Assembly: GCA_964187785.1 (NCBI GenBank)
Contig: OZ076413.1
Span: forward strand, 41,356,001-41,420,000
Direction: 5' to 3'
Length of the DNA: 64,000 bases
Source: Amphiscolops sp. MND2022
Taxonomy: Eukaryota
Each line of letters opens with the position of its first letter. Position 1 is the stretch's first letter. Below are positions 48,001-61,075 of this stretch, piece by piece. Made by a program: the position numbers and the translations under genes. Below the pieces are notes generated by a model. That model was not told the origin of the DNA and made no database searches. It saw only the letters and a program-made list of their open reading frames with translations.

Positions 48001-50841
48001 ATAGATATTTTTTGTACGTTTTATACGGAAAAGCCTTGCGATTTGAAATCGCATTTCATAACATTAAAAAACACTGAGCGGGCGATCCCGTGAAATTTAT
48101 AAATTTATAAAAAGAGGCGCTCTTTCTTCACTCTACTTTAAGAGCTGCGGCCTTTCTTCGTGCAAATTGCAAAAATTGTGAATTAAGTTTACTTGCTACT
48201 ATTTACCATCAAACTTGCAGAAATGAAACATTTGCATGAAAATATGGCTAGCAGCGAAAATCTATGTGACAAATTATATACAACAAAATTATAATATACA
48301 AGTAACATTCCCACCCCAGCAACTAAGTCTTCAGACATTTGAATAAAGGCGGGATTCTTTTGCAAAGCATAAATTCCGCTTTGCATATGGAAAAAGTATG
48401 GAAAACACGTGGAACCTAGACCTCCCTAAGTAACCCAGGTAGTCTTTTATGATTGTACGCGTAACCGCAAATAAATGTTGGATAAACTTTGGTAAGCTTC
48501 CCTATTGTTTGCATTAGTCCGGTGAAAAACCTGTCTACCGTGTAAGGCTTATAAGTTTCTTTCATGATTAACCTCAATTCTGTCCGTAGATGTGTCCAAA
48601 GAGCAGTTCTATAAAGCAGTCCTCGAAAATGTTATCTAAAGTGAAGGTAATTTTTTACAGGAATTCTCCCAAAGAATCCAGATTCGGTCCGGACTCTTGA
48701 ACTGGCGCCTTGTTTGAAGTGTGCTTCTGACTTCGGAGACTCTTGGATGCCGTATTACGCAACAAAATACGTTATGTAACATTATGATGTTATCATTTGT
48801 CTGTGATTGATAAAGACAGGTGAAGTTAACTGTTAACAATCAGAAGCCCCACTCAGCCAAAAGGGAACTACCCTAGTAGTTAACCCCTCCCCTCAGGACG
48901 TTTAATCTACCTGAAATCAATCAATTCTTCCTCATCACAAAGTACCCCCACTTCACAAAAAAGCCAGAAAATTCACGAAATGTTTTCGACAAGAAACTAT
49001 TTAGGTCAAAAATTAGGTGAATTAGGTCCATTACTGCTTGCAGTTGTCGTTTGACTGATGACTTCATTTTGTTGATATTCTTTGATTTCTGAACTTGTCT
49101 GATTCATTCAAGAATATTCAAGCCTCTGGGCGCCTCTTCTTTGACGTCTTTCTAACATGAAATTACACGGAAAATGCAATTGGATTGTTTTTGAATGAAA
49201 CAAACGAAATTAATCACATTCCATTACATCAGAAGGTAATTAGAATTCATGAAGGTGAAACTCAATTTTCATATACAAAAATTCAATTTAGGAAAGAAAA
49301 GGAAAGGAAAGGAAAATTTATTTGAATGGATACACAATAATATAAGTTAACGGGAGTTTAATAAACTTATAAAAACTTCATCAAATCAGGACACAAAATG
49401 AGCTTAAGCAGCTCTTCAAGTTTCTGCCCCACATCAAAAAAGCTGAAAGACTGCAAGGGAAAAATTCAGAGTATTTCTTCAAAGTTGTCACTCAGTTGAA
49501 TAGGCAAATGTATGGCTCAGGTTTTCGATCTTTGCGAATATGTGCAGATCTGCAGGGTTTTTGCAGATCTTTGCAGATATGTGCAGATCTGCAGAAGTTT
49601 TGCAGATCTTTGCAGATATGTGCAGATTCGAAAAAAATTGACATACTCAAGAATCACAATAAAAACCCCACAGCGATGTGTTTAAAACTGGAGAAAAGTC
49701 TCAGTTATGTCAAAACGATGAAACTTTTTTCTGTAGCATTCTGTACAGATCTGTAGAAATTACAGATCTTTACAGATCTTTACAGAGCCAAACAATGACC
49801 GATAAATTACTATAACGTATTCCAAGTTAACAGCATTTACTAAAAATACTCCAACAAACTATGTTACGGAAATATATAACAACAACACTTTATCAACACA
49901 TCAACCAGCCCAGAAGGTTGACACATGTCAAATTTTATCTCTCAAAACGAAGTCAATATGGCAAACGAGCCTCTCAAAGTTCAACTAACTACATCTGGAA
50001 AGTTCAAGTGAAATGGATAAATTACGGTGTATAACCACTACCGCACTTTCTCCAGTTACCAAAATTACCGTGATGGGGACAAATTTTCCTTCTCGAGATT
50101 TCTGAGTGATGGAGAGTTTCAATTGACTGACCCTATGTCAGCTAAATTACTCGATAAAGTAGTTGAAGAAGTCCAAAAATGCAGTATATTGGTTCCTTAG
50201 AACCTGCAGAAAAACATATTTCTGCAATAATCTTTAAAAGAAAGACTGCACACTTTTGTAAAGATCTTGCAGATCTGTATGGATCTTCAAGATTCAGTGC
50301 AACGATCTCTGCAGAACCCTGCAGAAAAAATCCTGCAGATCTGCACAGATTCACAAAGATCGAAAACCTGGGGTTACAGTCATGAAAGTGTATCGAAGAT
50401 CAATACGCTAACATTACTATCCATGATATAAAGTTTCGAAATTTTGTTTAGTTCGGAAGAAATTTGCGAGTTATTCAAACGCTTGATATCTTTGGGTATC
50501 AAATCCCTGTCTTTTAGCCAATTATATGCTTGCCGTAATCCATTTTCAACCGATTTTGATTCAGTGACAGTCTGACTGTAGGGGATAGACAACCGTCCCT
50601 TTTTGCTCCTTCTAGTATAATATCAATTATTACCAGCCAGCTGTATTTAGTGAACTGAGAGGTGATTCTATTCTCAATTGTTTGAAAACTTCGGCTAAAA
50701 GCTCCATTCGGTATATTTCGAATACAGTCATAATTTTGTTCCCTTCAAAAATATATCCAACACTATCGTATTTGTTTCTGAAAAAATGCCCTTAGTATTC
50801 TTCATTGAGCTTGCCCGAATTGTTCTTCGTTGAGCTTTTGG
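42051..50841 (+). repeat. Near-identical tandem triplication, period 3012/3002 bp
   Basis: Units start at 42051, 45063 and 48065; the same ORF set recurs three times; few SNPs and small indels. Confidence 0.97.
43504..44355. mobile_element. MITE with CAGGTTTTCGATCTTTG TIRs and GCAGATCT subterminal repeats (also 46516-47357, 49518-50370)
   Basis: 17-bp perfect TIR; ~10-bp periodic CAGATCT motifs at both ends; no TSD recognised. Confidence 0.7.
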
Positions 50842-51188
50842 TATTCCACAACAAATATTTTTATCCTAAATGAAACATAATTGTGAAAATTCGAGTCTTT
50901 CCCTTTCCCAGTCGGCAATTAATTGATATTGTTCTGCAAAAGTTTACAGGTTTATTTGGCTTTTGATTCAATCTCGCACTCTAGTATGTTCCAATGTGAA
51001 ACTGAAATACGAGATAAAAGTTTGGAGAGTCATTTCCAATTTTCAGGACTACTAAAAAACATTGTAAAAAGGGCTGCTGAAATGTGATCAGCTTTTGTTT
51101 AAATAAATCGAGAGTTTTTTGTTTTTTAGGTGTTTTTTTTCTCAGTCACTCAATACGTAAGCGGAGTGCTCAAAAACACCTCCTTCTA

Positions 51189-51732
51189 TAGTCGGCGCTT
51201 TTCTAGTGAAAAAAGCCCGACTATTAAAGTGGCTAGTTTTTTAGTCGGCGCTTTTCTAGTGAAAAGTTCCCGACTATTACAGTGGCTAGTTTTTTCTTTG
51301 TTTCGTCACACTACAATCTCATTCTGATTGGGCCCCTTTCCTTACAATCGAAACTACTAAAACTACTACCATAAGGCCACGTCCGGTCAGCGGAAATAGT
51401 GGAAAAAGCCCCCTTTCATTTAATAATTTTTTAACGTAACCTTCAAAACCGGACGAGACTTAAGGTTTCCCCTTTTCTATTTTGTTTCGGAATTGTGCTA
51501 CTTTTTTCGAAACTTTTTTAATGTCTCAAAAGAGTCCCCCTTTCGAGTGTTTTGATATTTTGCAGCAGAATATATGTTAATAAAGCCCAAAGGGTCCCCC
51601 TTTTACTTTTTTGGCACTATGCGACATTTTCCGAAAGAAAAAAATTTCAAAAATTTTGTTTTTTTCAGAAAAAATGTTTTGCGCTTTCTGAGCCTTAGAT
51701 ATAGCGCTGACTTTAGACGTTCCCGTCTTGTT
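51189..51732 (+). mobile_element. HINE/DINE-1-like element with duplicated 5' end
   Basis: Two tandem ~53-bp TAGTCGGCGCTTTTCTAGTGAAAA..CCCGACTA units; 3' AGCGCTGACT, AGACG-TTCC-CGTCT hairpin, TGTT. Confidence 0.7.
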
Positions 51733-52748
51733 CAATTGTACAAAGCAAATGCAAAGTGGGATATTTAGGTTATAAAATATGTAAAAACATCGCAAATTGT
51801 CACTTCTGACGTTCGGCCAGAATTTTTTGTCAATTTTTTCAAACTTTATGAATTATTAATTCCGTATCTCATTGGTCTTGTAAGATACCTCAATCATTCA
51901 AACAAACAGACGCCCAGTGGGAAACGGGAAATTTTCAGCTCCGAGCTATTTTCAGGGTTCGAGCGTAACCGATGCACTATGAAAATGGATAAAGAATTGG
52001 GAAAGTGTGACATTTTTTGGTGCTTTTTGCTTCATTTCAGGTTTCTTCTTCTTAGAAATCTTCGAAATTCTTCATTAAAACGCATGAAAAGTGACTATTC
52101 GTTTTGTCGTTGAACTTCGGGTGGATAATCATCTCTGATTGATTGCGATTAAGTCAATGAAATTCGACTCGGGGGGTGTCATTATTTTATTGTGACTGCA
52201 TGTATAGGACATGGATTTTGGAACAAAAAGTTCATATAAAACGGCCACTAGTTTAGCGTACGCGGAAAATGTAGGCGGACTGTTTTTTTTCGTCCCTAAT
52301 TTAGTAGAGCTGAGTTCAACGTTCTCCAAACCAACCACTTAGAACTTCAGTCTCTGATTAAGCGCAAAAAATGGCGTGAAGTTTTTTGTTAACGTCAGTC
52401 ACAAGAGTAAAAATTGACCAATAACCAATTCATCGGTTCATTCATAAATGATGGCAAAAGCTAAGCTTCAAACTGGATGTCTTTCTGATCTATTCTGAGC
52501 TTTGCCGATACAAGTGAACTATTATTAGCACAGCGCAAATTTGAGGTCATGATCGAAAATCGTCAAAAATAGAAATAAACAAAAGAATTCGAAAGTAGCA
52601 AAAAAAATTGGGTTTCCAAATCCAATTTTTACTGTCTTTCATGAGCACAAGTTATCAATCAATATGAGTTGATGATTAAAGTAAGTCTGGGAATACATGA
52701 TTTTTTTCTGCAGCATTTTCAGAAAGCAATAACACTTGCTCAACACTT

Positions 52749-53490
52749 TGTAACGGGAACCTCTGGTACAGCGATTTTCCAACTTTGGCAAGTTCAGAAA
52801 TTTTGTCAAAAACTCTAATTCGATGTGTGACGTGGCACTGAGCATGTGATTGCTCTTTTCGCTGTTTTCGCCATTTTCAATGCAAAAACGAGGACCGAGC
52901 AAGACCGAGCGAGAATGCAGAGAACGAAAAAACTTGAGGGCTTAGAAAAACTCTAGAAAAAACTCTTTTTCAGGTGCTAACCTTGGTTTTCATTAAGTTT
53001 AGCATTATGCTACCTTAAGTAGCGGAAACCAGCAAAATGAGTCCTGTAGCTTAATTACCCTTGTTTGGTGCTTGGAGTCCCTGTGTTCCAGCTTTTAGCT
53101 GTGTGGTTTGCCATATTCATGCCTGTTCTGATTTATTTTCACTGGTTTTAGCTAACTCGAGAGCTAGTTTTCGCAGTTTAGACCTTATTACCCATTTTAG
53201 AACTTAGTGCCCATGTCACCCTGGAATTGGAAATTAACTTTATTCTTGGCACTGTTTTTATATGCTAGTTAAGCGGTGGTCTTTAGAGAGTCAGGAAGAT
53301 GCCCGTTACTATTAGCAATCAAAGACTAGGACCGGTTGGGACAGTTTTCGTCGAAGCACCCACGGCCTCGGGACGTATTTCACCCCTGGAGGCAAAATGG
53401 ATCTGTGGCGATGGGAGCCTGTCCCGAACGATTCGCCATTTCTCCACCTCTGCTAACGCGTTAAGCGACCGACAACAGCTTGCCGTTGCA
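52749..53490 (-). mobile_element. TGT..ACA-ended non-autonomous TIR element, copy 2
   Basis: Inverted homolog of 19636-20407; ends TGTAACGG / CCGTTGCA; CTT on both flanks. Confidence 0.75.
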
Positions 53491-54879
53491 CTTCACTATA
53501 TATATTTGTATATATATTCACTATATATATATAGTACTCCGTAAAAAAATAACGTGTTTCAGATCTACTTGTGCTTACTCTGGCACAGAACGTTTTGAGG
53601 ATCTCGCTTTAACTGCCGGAATTTTAAAAACAATTTGCAGTAAATAGTTTAAAGATTTTTAGTTTTAGCGAGATTGTAGCTCGGATATCTAAGATTTTGT
53701 GGAAATGTTAACCAATTCAGCAGAAATTGGTCATGTTTTCCCTAGATTTGGCAGGAATCTTTCCTTTAATTTTTTTAAAATAGTGAGATTTTGTTAACTA
53801 ATCAAATTCCTGTAAATTGATTTTTTTCTGGATTTGCGAGCAATTCATTAAGTTTACTCAACAGAGATTTTTCCAACTAAAGATGATGATTCTATGAAAG
53901 CACTTTGACATATTTAAATTAGATGTTAATATACAATATCCTGTGGGTCAGGAAGAAGTCATTTATCACTGACTATGTTTCAAATCTTTTCAATGGTACA
54001 AAGACCATGCAAAAAAATCCTGCAAACCACAGAATGACCATGGCATGGTCATTGTACGGTAAATATCTTTTTAAAATACTTTTTTCCTCTTATAGTTCAG
54101 GCAGAAATAATGTCGGCAATTAACGCTGACTTTAAAGACTTTAATGAGTTTTTGGCCTATGCATCAAGAAAAGTACCACTTTCTGTTGACATCGTGAGAA
54201 CATCATCACAAGTACAATTTTGAGATATACTGCTGATTTTTCAATGATTAATCTAAAATGAAACACAAATCTTACTTTGAAAAGACCATGGCTGTAACAA
54301 GAGTTCAAATGCTCAAGTAGAGCTCAAGTTGAACGATTTGAATACATTTTTGCGTATCCAAGACCTCCAATATTTACGTCGTCGGGCTCGTATGTTCCCT
54401 ATTTGAGACTGCACGAAAAATTTTCACACTGCAATCATACAGACAGGGATATTTGTTTCCGAATTTTTGAAAGACAAAACAAATTCCTTGCGACTGCTTC
54501 AGTAATGTTTGAAATATTAAATAAATCAATCAACCCCAGTTTGCGATGATTATTCATTGAAAACTCGAAAGTTAAGCAGTGACTTAATTTGAAAAACATG
54601 AAAGTCATAGCAACGTAGAAATGTTCATCGAACGTTTTCTAATCAGCGCTTTTGTAAGAAAACACAGACTAGTGGTGCTTTTGTTGCTAAAAGATGTTGC
54701 AGATAGTAGCAATGCGGACAGACAGTCTATTGTTGATCTTTACAATTTTCTCCTCTGTTGTCTGGCCTTGCCGCTTGGCATTGAGGATAACACGAATTTC
54801 TACGACTGGTGTCCGAGGGTGGGAAACAGGGAGACTAGGGTTCGGATCAGGCGCTGGACCAAATTTAGTTTTTGTTTGC

Positions 54880-55260
54880 AATGCCAGACTAGGTCTACGG
54901 ATAGCCCTAAAAATTTCTTGGCACCGTGTTACTTTTCTCGGAAAAAATTCAATTAACCTTCATTATTTTTGATGTCTTCAGCAAGGAAAAAGAGGGTTTT
55001 GCGGGCCCAAGTGCCATCACTTTTTTGGAAATTTTTGGAACTTTGCAAGTTTCAAAAATTTTTAACGAAACTTTCTGTTGCATAAGATGTTCTGTTGATG
55101 TTTTCAGCTAAGCGTTTTTTGAGTCTCAGACAACTTTTTTGGGTTTTTAGTACTGTGCTGTTGATGAGGATTTCTCAATAATCGTTTTTGAGTATATTCA
55201 AATGACTGATCTTTTTGAGCTTTGAGCGGGGCACCGATTTCTTCAGTTCCCGGGTTGTTA
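54880..55260 (+). mobile_element. Degenerate 3' part of a HINE-family repeat
   Basis: Ends GGCACCGATTT..TTCCCGGGTTGTT, similar to the family terminus. Confidence 0.35.
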
Positions 55261-55710
55261 TTTACGCCAACTAGTTTCATTATTTGGAAACATTGTACAA
55301 GCTACATGTTAGGTTAACCCTGGTGATAATTTCATGCAATAGGGTTACAATAATTCTTTGTTTGATCATGGTTTTTAATCATTTTTAACAAGATCTATCA
55401 TTATTAGATTTCAAAACATTTCACATATGACAGGATCAAGATCTCAAAACGATTATGATATGGTATGTTGGTCAGCATTCATTCAAGCAGGAATTTCGGA
55501 CTTATCATGAACATAACGGAAAAATTCGATTTGAGTGGTGCCGCTAACCCGTGAAATATAAAGTATCATGGCCACATCACATAGTTTTCTTTGAGAAATT
55601 TCACTTCCGTTGAAGCATCATGTAACGTGAAATTTGTTCTTTTTTCACGCCGTGAATTCATTAGAAGCGTGAATGAAAAACGTTTACCGTGATTAATCAA
55701 AACTGGAGAA

Positions 55711-56794
55711 CCCGGGTCGACCCTCCATGGATATCTTAGTAAGATCTTGGCAAGATCTTGCCAAGATCTTGGAAAAATCTTAGCTAAGATCGTTACAAGA
55801 TATTGCCAAGAATTGCAAGATGCCATGGTAAGATCTTATCAAGAGAGCCATGTTTCCAAGAAAAATCTTACTAAGAAGCCCAATCTGGCAAGAAAAATCT
55901 TACTAAGAAACCCAATATGGCAAGAAAAATCTAACTAAGAAGCCGAATATGGCAAGAAAAAAATTGCTACGAACTGCGAGATATCGAGAAAAAGTGAAAT
56001 CAGAAAACCATTGAATTAAGAAATATGGAAAAATAATCTAGACATCACTCAAAACAAAATTACTGAATGATTTTTACAACCATTTGGATATCGATATTGT
56101 TCTTTCAATTGCGAAACTGTCGCCAACAACGGCGTCAGAAAAGCCTTGAGCTGAATCATTACCCAAATTAGAGCAATGACCGCCGTTTCTAGCAGTAATA
56201 AGGCTGCGAAACAGGCTCAAAGAAAGCTGGAAATATGATTTTTACAAAAATTTCAAGATTTCAAGGTCTTTCCTTCTTTGTAACTTTTCGATAGTGGGTC
56301 TGGACGTTTGAGAGCATAGTTCTCCGCCTCTGGAATCGAGAGGAGTGATAAATTACAAGTTTTGGGAAGCCCTTGAAATGACCTTTCATTTGGTACATTC
56401 GGCATTTTTCAGATTCAAACAGGTGAGGAGTTATTAGGATTTTCGTCAAAATTTCGGAAGCCAGAATACGTTATCGTAATTTTTCACGCATTTTTGCATG
56501 CAAAATTTTTTCAGCAGGTTTAAGCATTTTGATTATGAAAACGAGTAGAAATAGTCGTTGTTGGGTGAAATGAGCCTTTAGATTGAGTCTCGGCTGCTTG
56601 TACCGAAGGTATAGTGTTTTTTTATAATCTTAAAATTTTGTCCATCGTGATAAGATACGATCTTGGAATAATTATTATCTTAGTAAGATCTTAATAAGAA
56701 TCTTGCCATGGGATCCATGGTTGCCAAGATGTAGTAAGAATTTGGCAAGATCTTGCCAAGACAGCCAAGATGCTAGTAAGAGGGTCAACCCGGG
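55711..56794. mobile_element. CCCGGG-ended non-autonomous DNA element (CMC/EnSpm-like architecture)
   Basis: TIR CCCGGGTCGACCCTC / GAGGGTCAACCCGGG; GAA on both flanks; GGCAAGATCTTGCC and ~31-bp subterminal repeats. Confidence 0.75.
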
Positions 56795-59700
56795 GAAGCA
56801 AAAAAGCTGAACAAATTGAGAGCAGTGAACGAGTTTCGTTTCAAGAGTGTTTCAAAACTGACACAACAAAAGTCTTTCTCAAATTCGAGCTAATTAGAAA
56901 GCACCAGAATTCAAATCAAGTTACCATCGTCCAAAAAACTTAAATGAGAAGTTATATGGTGCGTAAAGTAAGGATTGGACGCTCCAATGCTTTTGAAGGC
57001 TTTTGCTTTGAAACATAATTGAGACTTCCGTCTATTTTTAGACTTTTTGGGAGGTTATTTGGAACAATAAAACTTCAAGCAATAAAATTCAGATGATTTG
57101 ACGAGAAAAGTGGACTTGAGATTCTTAAGTGAATGAAAAAACTCTGGAAAAAAGGAACATACTTGGTTTTTGAAATTCAGATAACTACACATTATTTTCG
57201 AGCCTAGAAGTAATATTTTTATGCATCGATGAACAAAATTATCCTTTTTTGTAAAATAATAAAATTACTATTTTGCATAATTCAACTCCAAACCTTTAAA
57301 CAGAGCAACACCAAAAACAGTGATAGAGTTAACAACAGCCCTAGGAATTGACTTCCTTAAGACATTTTACCCTTGTTGTATAAGTATCACAACTTTTTCT
57401 ACAACGCGTGAAATTTCTTTGATGGTGTGAAAAATAAATCATCAGAACTTTTCTATGTTAATTCATGCAGCATTAGAAACGCGATCATGCGTGTATTACA
57501 GTTCCCTAGAGACAAATATCTCGGTTCAAAAACAACTATCAATTTTGTGAAAAATTTTTGTGAAACTTCATGTTTTGACCGAGTGTATTCAATAAAATTT
57601 GCTTGAGCAACTGTTTCGTAGAATCAAGGCTCTGTTCTTCATCAAATTATACGTTCTATTTTTACCTCTATCGAAAAATTTTCACCAGAAATGTACATGC
57701 TTACCTCGAAAAAAGTTCTTGTCAGCATCTCGAAACCTTGATCTCTTTTTAAAATCTCGAAACCTTTTTAAAACATCATGTGAAATTTTATGCTCCAAGC
57801 TGGCTGGGTTTTGGCAAAAACAACCAAAGATGAATTTTGATAGAAAGGCGAAGGAGATGCGAAGACTTAAGTCCTATAATTCTCTATTTCCAAGAGGACG
57901 TTCTTTTGAAGCCATGACTACGATTCCATGGCCAACTACAATATACTTTATTTATATATTAATATGCAGGAATAAATATGCAAATAATTATTTACGAAAT
58001 AACTTGCTCAAGGTCACAAAATTCTGATTGCGAATTCCAACTGGAATTTACAAAGATTTGTCACGAATAATGAATGTTAAACACACATGTTATATGTGTC
58101 AATTATTGACTTATATGTGTCAATCTTCTTTAAACTTAAATGCCTGCTGGGAATGTGTTCAAACCTGAACTTTAATACTCAACTTCGTTGTAAACAAAGG
58201 AATTCTCAGGTGATTCAATATTAGTAACTCAGTATTTCATTCGATTAAACAGATGCCAAATAATCTACTTTCAATACAATGAAGTTTCAAACAATAGAGC
58301 AAATGAAATGGAAAAAGAATGCGTTTCCTTATTCATAAATTCGTTATTTTGATGACCAAACAAGTTGTATGATTTAGTCTTCCTAAGTCCAGGGCGCTTT
58401 GCGCCTCATACAAGTCAGCCTTTTTAAAGGTGCACAATCCTGTTTGTGAAGTTTCCCAGCAAAAAGGCCAAATCGGTCATTTTTTCTGCATTTTTATTCC
58501 TGCAGAATTGGGCGTTTCGTCTGCAATTCAAAAATTTCAATTTACTTCACGGAAAATCGAATGGTGCTCATAAGACTTCAGTATATAATCTGAAATATTA
58601 CACTCGAAACCAAGAAAAAACGGGCCTTTGCAAACTGATTCAATTATTTGTTTGGAGAATTGCTTACGGGTCTTTCAAAAAACACTCGCATCGTCTTTCG
58701 ACTGTTCTTTTCTAGTTGGATAGATTTTCAATTTTTCATTATTTAGAATCTTCTGTGATATTCATTTTCAGTTCCCGTACATTCAAATGCTTGATTCTTT
58801 ACAAACAGGACATGTAAACTTCAACTTTTCGACCCAGTCTTCAAAACATAAAGTTCATTCGCTCAAGTTTTTTATGCAAAGTAGGCTCAGCACTGAAAAA
58901 ATACCTTGAGCCAAAATGATGATTACTACATTTTAATGCACTCTGGTTTAATCTTAAATTACAGGGTTCTCGCTAATTTTTTCTCATTCTAGTTCAATGA
59001 AGTTTTGTTAAAGACGTGAAAAATTTGATTATATAGCTTCCAGAGACAGAGAACTTAAATAAAACCAGATTTAAACTGATACGTTGATCAACAAGGGTAT
59101 CGCAATTCCAAATGAACCTTTTAAATGATACAACAAAACAGTCCTCAAACAAAGAAAAATGCAAAAATAATTAATCAAGTAATGCGGTTATTATTTTGTG
59201 TGCAAACTCTTTGGAAAACCTGGAAACATTATTTTGCGTTGTCTCATTTGGTCTTTGATAAATTTTCAACACTTTTCATCAAATTTTTCTTCCTTGATGT
59301 TTTGGCAGCTTTGGCGTCAAGCTTGGCGTCGTTCGATCAATTGAAAACATGTGTAAACAAAAGTGATTCGTCCAATTGTCTTCCCGAAAACACCTGGCTC
59401 GTTTTGCTTTTTTAAACTTTGAGCCTCTAAAATTTCCACAGAATAACCCGGGTTGACATAACATTTATGTTTCCTTTTATGGAAACTAGATGCCATACAA
59501 AAACATTTTATGATCTTGCTATGACTGAAATGTTTTCATATATGGTCATTGCATGAACTAAATATTCTTATTATATGGTCTTTGTATGACTTTCATATTT
59601 CTCACAAAAAATTATAGTAAAACTTAGTTCATTTCTAAGAAACCTTTCGAATAGTAATGGGCTTTGACGGTTCAAGCTGAAGGTGGAACCTGAGATTGCT

Positions 59701-60544
59701 CCATTTTGACCTCCAGTATTGAAAACATATACATTGAAGTTTATTGCATCAGTTGTTAAAGTTGGTACAAAATTGTTAGACTTTTTTGAATATTGTTTGT
59801 GCTTCAAACGAAATCAATCATTAAAAAAATTAAGATCTGATACCACAAAAATTAACTGTGAGGATATTCTTATCTTTATGGTTCATAGGTAAGAAGCAGC
59901 CAACAAATCCATCAACCTGCACGTTGATTGATTACGTTACGCTAATTTGCCATAAACAGAAAACATCTAGTCAATAAAATGACCATACTATGGCCATTGT
60001 ATGGCCTGAATGTTTTTTCTTTTCTATGGTCTTACAGGTTTCATACATCACCATATTTGACATTTATGATCTTTTAAGATCCCTAGTTGAAACTGCAGGA
60101 ACTTTTTACATGTTGCAGGCCTACATGCAGGATAATTGTTTTATAAAACCTACAAAATTCAGAGAACTTCGGGTGGTAAATCATGTACAATTACACAGCG
60201 TTTTCCACCACTGCATTTTCCACCACTGCAATTAAATTTGAAAACAAATTCCACTTCATTACCGACACGATCACTTTGTGTTCACTCTTTGTTTCTCAAC
60301 TACTCATCTGATGTGATTTCCGCTTCTCAAATAGCTCGCTAAACATAACGCTAATTTGCAGTTTATTACGCGACTGGAGTTATTTATTAAATTAGCGGTA
60401 AAATTTAAAACTGATAGCAAGATTTGTGCTTTTAAAATTATTGCTGCTGCCTAATGAAACTTTTATATCATATGTTTATATCATCTTTTATGTTTATATC
60501 ATATCTGAGTTTTGTTTCAGGACAGGTTAGGCAAAGGAATACTG

Positions 60545-61075
60545 AATAAGCCGGGAACGGCCCAAGTCGGGGCCATATCTAAGGCTGAAAAGTAGCAAAA
60601 GGACTACAAAGTGTTAAGTATTCTCATCTACAGTACCCGCGTGAGGAAAAATTTGAAAAAAATCCGCGTTTTTTTTCGATTTTTTTTGGTCCCCAGTAAG
60701 TCGCATAGTGCCGAAAAATGTAAAAGGGGGCCTTTGGAAGTTTTTGAACATCCATTCTTTTACAAAATAGAAAAAAATGAAGGGGGACCCTTTGAAGACA
60801 TTAAAAAAATTCGCGAAAAAAGTCTCACAATGCCGAAAAAAACCTGCACAAAAAAATTTTTTGGTCATAGGCGGGACTCAAACCCACGTCCTTTTGCTTG
60901 GCAGACCTCAAAAAAGCCTACTTAAACTCTATGCCAAGTGCGAGCAGTCTCTATGGAGTTAGTGAAAGCCAGCTTATAAAGCTTATAAAATCTGTTACTT
61001 CGTTGGTCTTAAAGAAAGAAAAAAAGAAAAGTCACTACTATAGTCTGCGTTTTTCTACGAAAAGCGCCGGCTAAA
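60545..61075 (-). mobile_element. HINE/DINE-1-like element containing a tRNA-like 3' fragment
   Basis: Minus strand: 5' TTTTAGCCGGCGCT; 3' GGCCCCGACT, GCCG-TTCC-CGGC hairpin, TTATT. Confidence 0.7.

Noticed and set aside
42175..50592. Triplicated small ORFs as a gene cluster
   Set aside because: They recur only because of the tandem duplication; several are MITE repeats, and neighbouring frames are full of stops
58600..58935. RING-finger-like peptide (DWVEKLKFTCPVCK) on the minus strand
   Set aside because: Only the last CxxC is present and it is surrounded by stops; insufficient support
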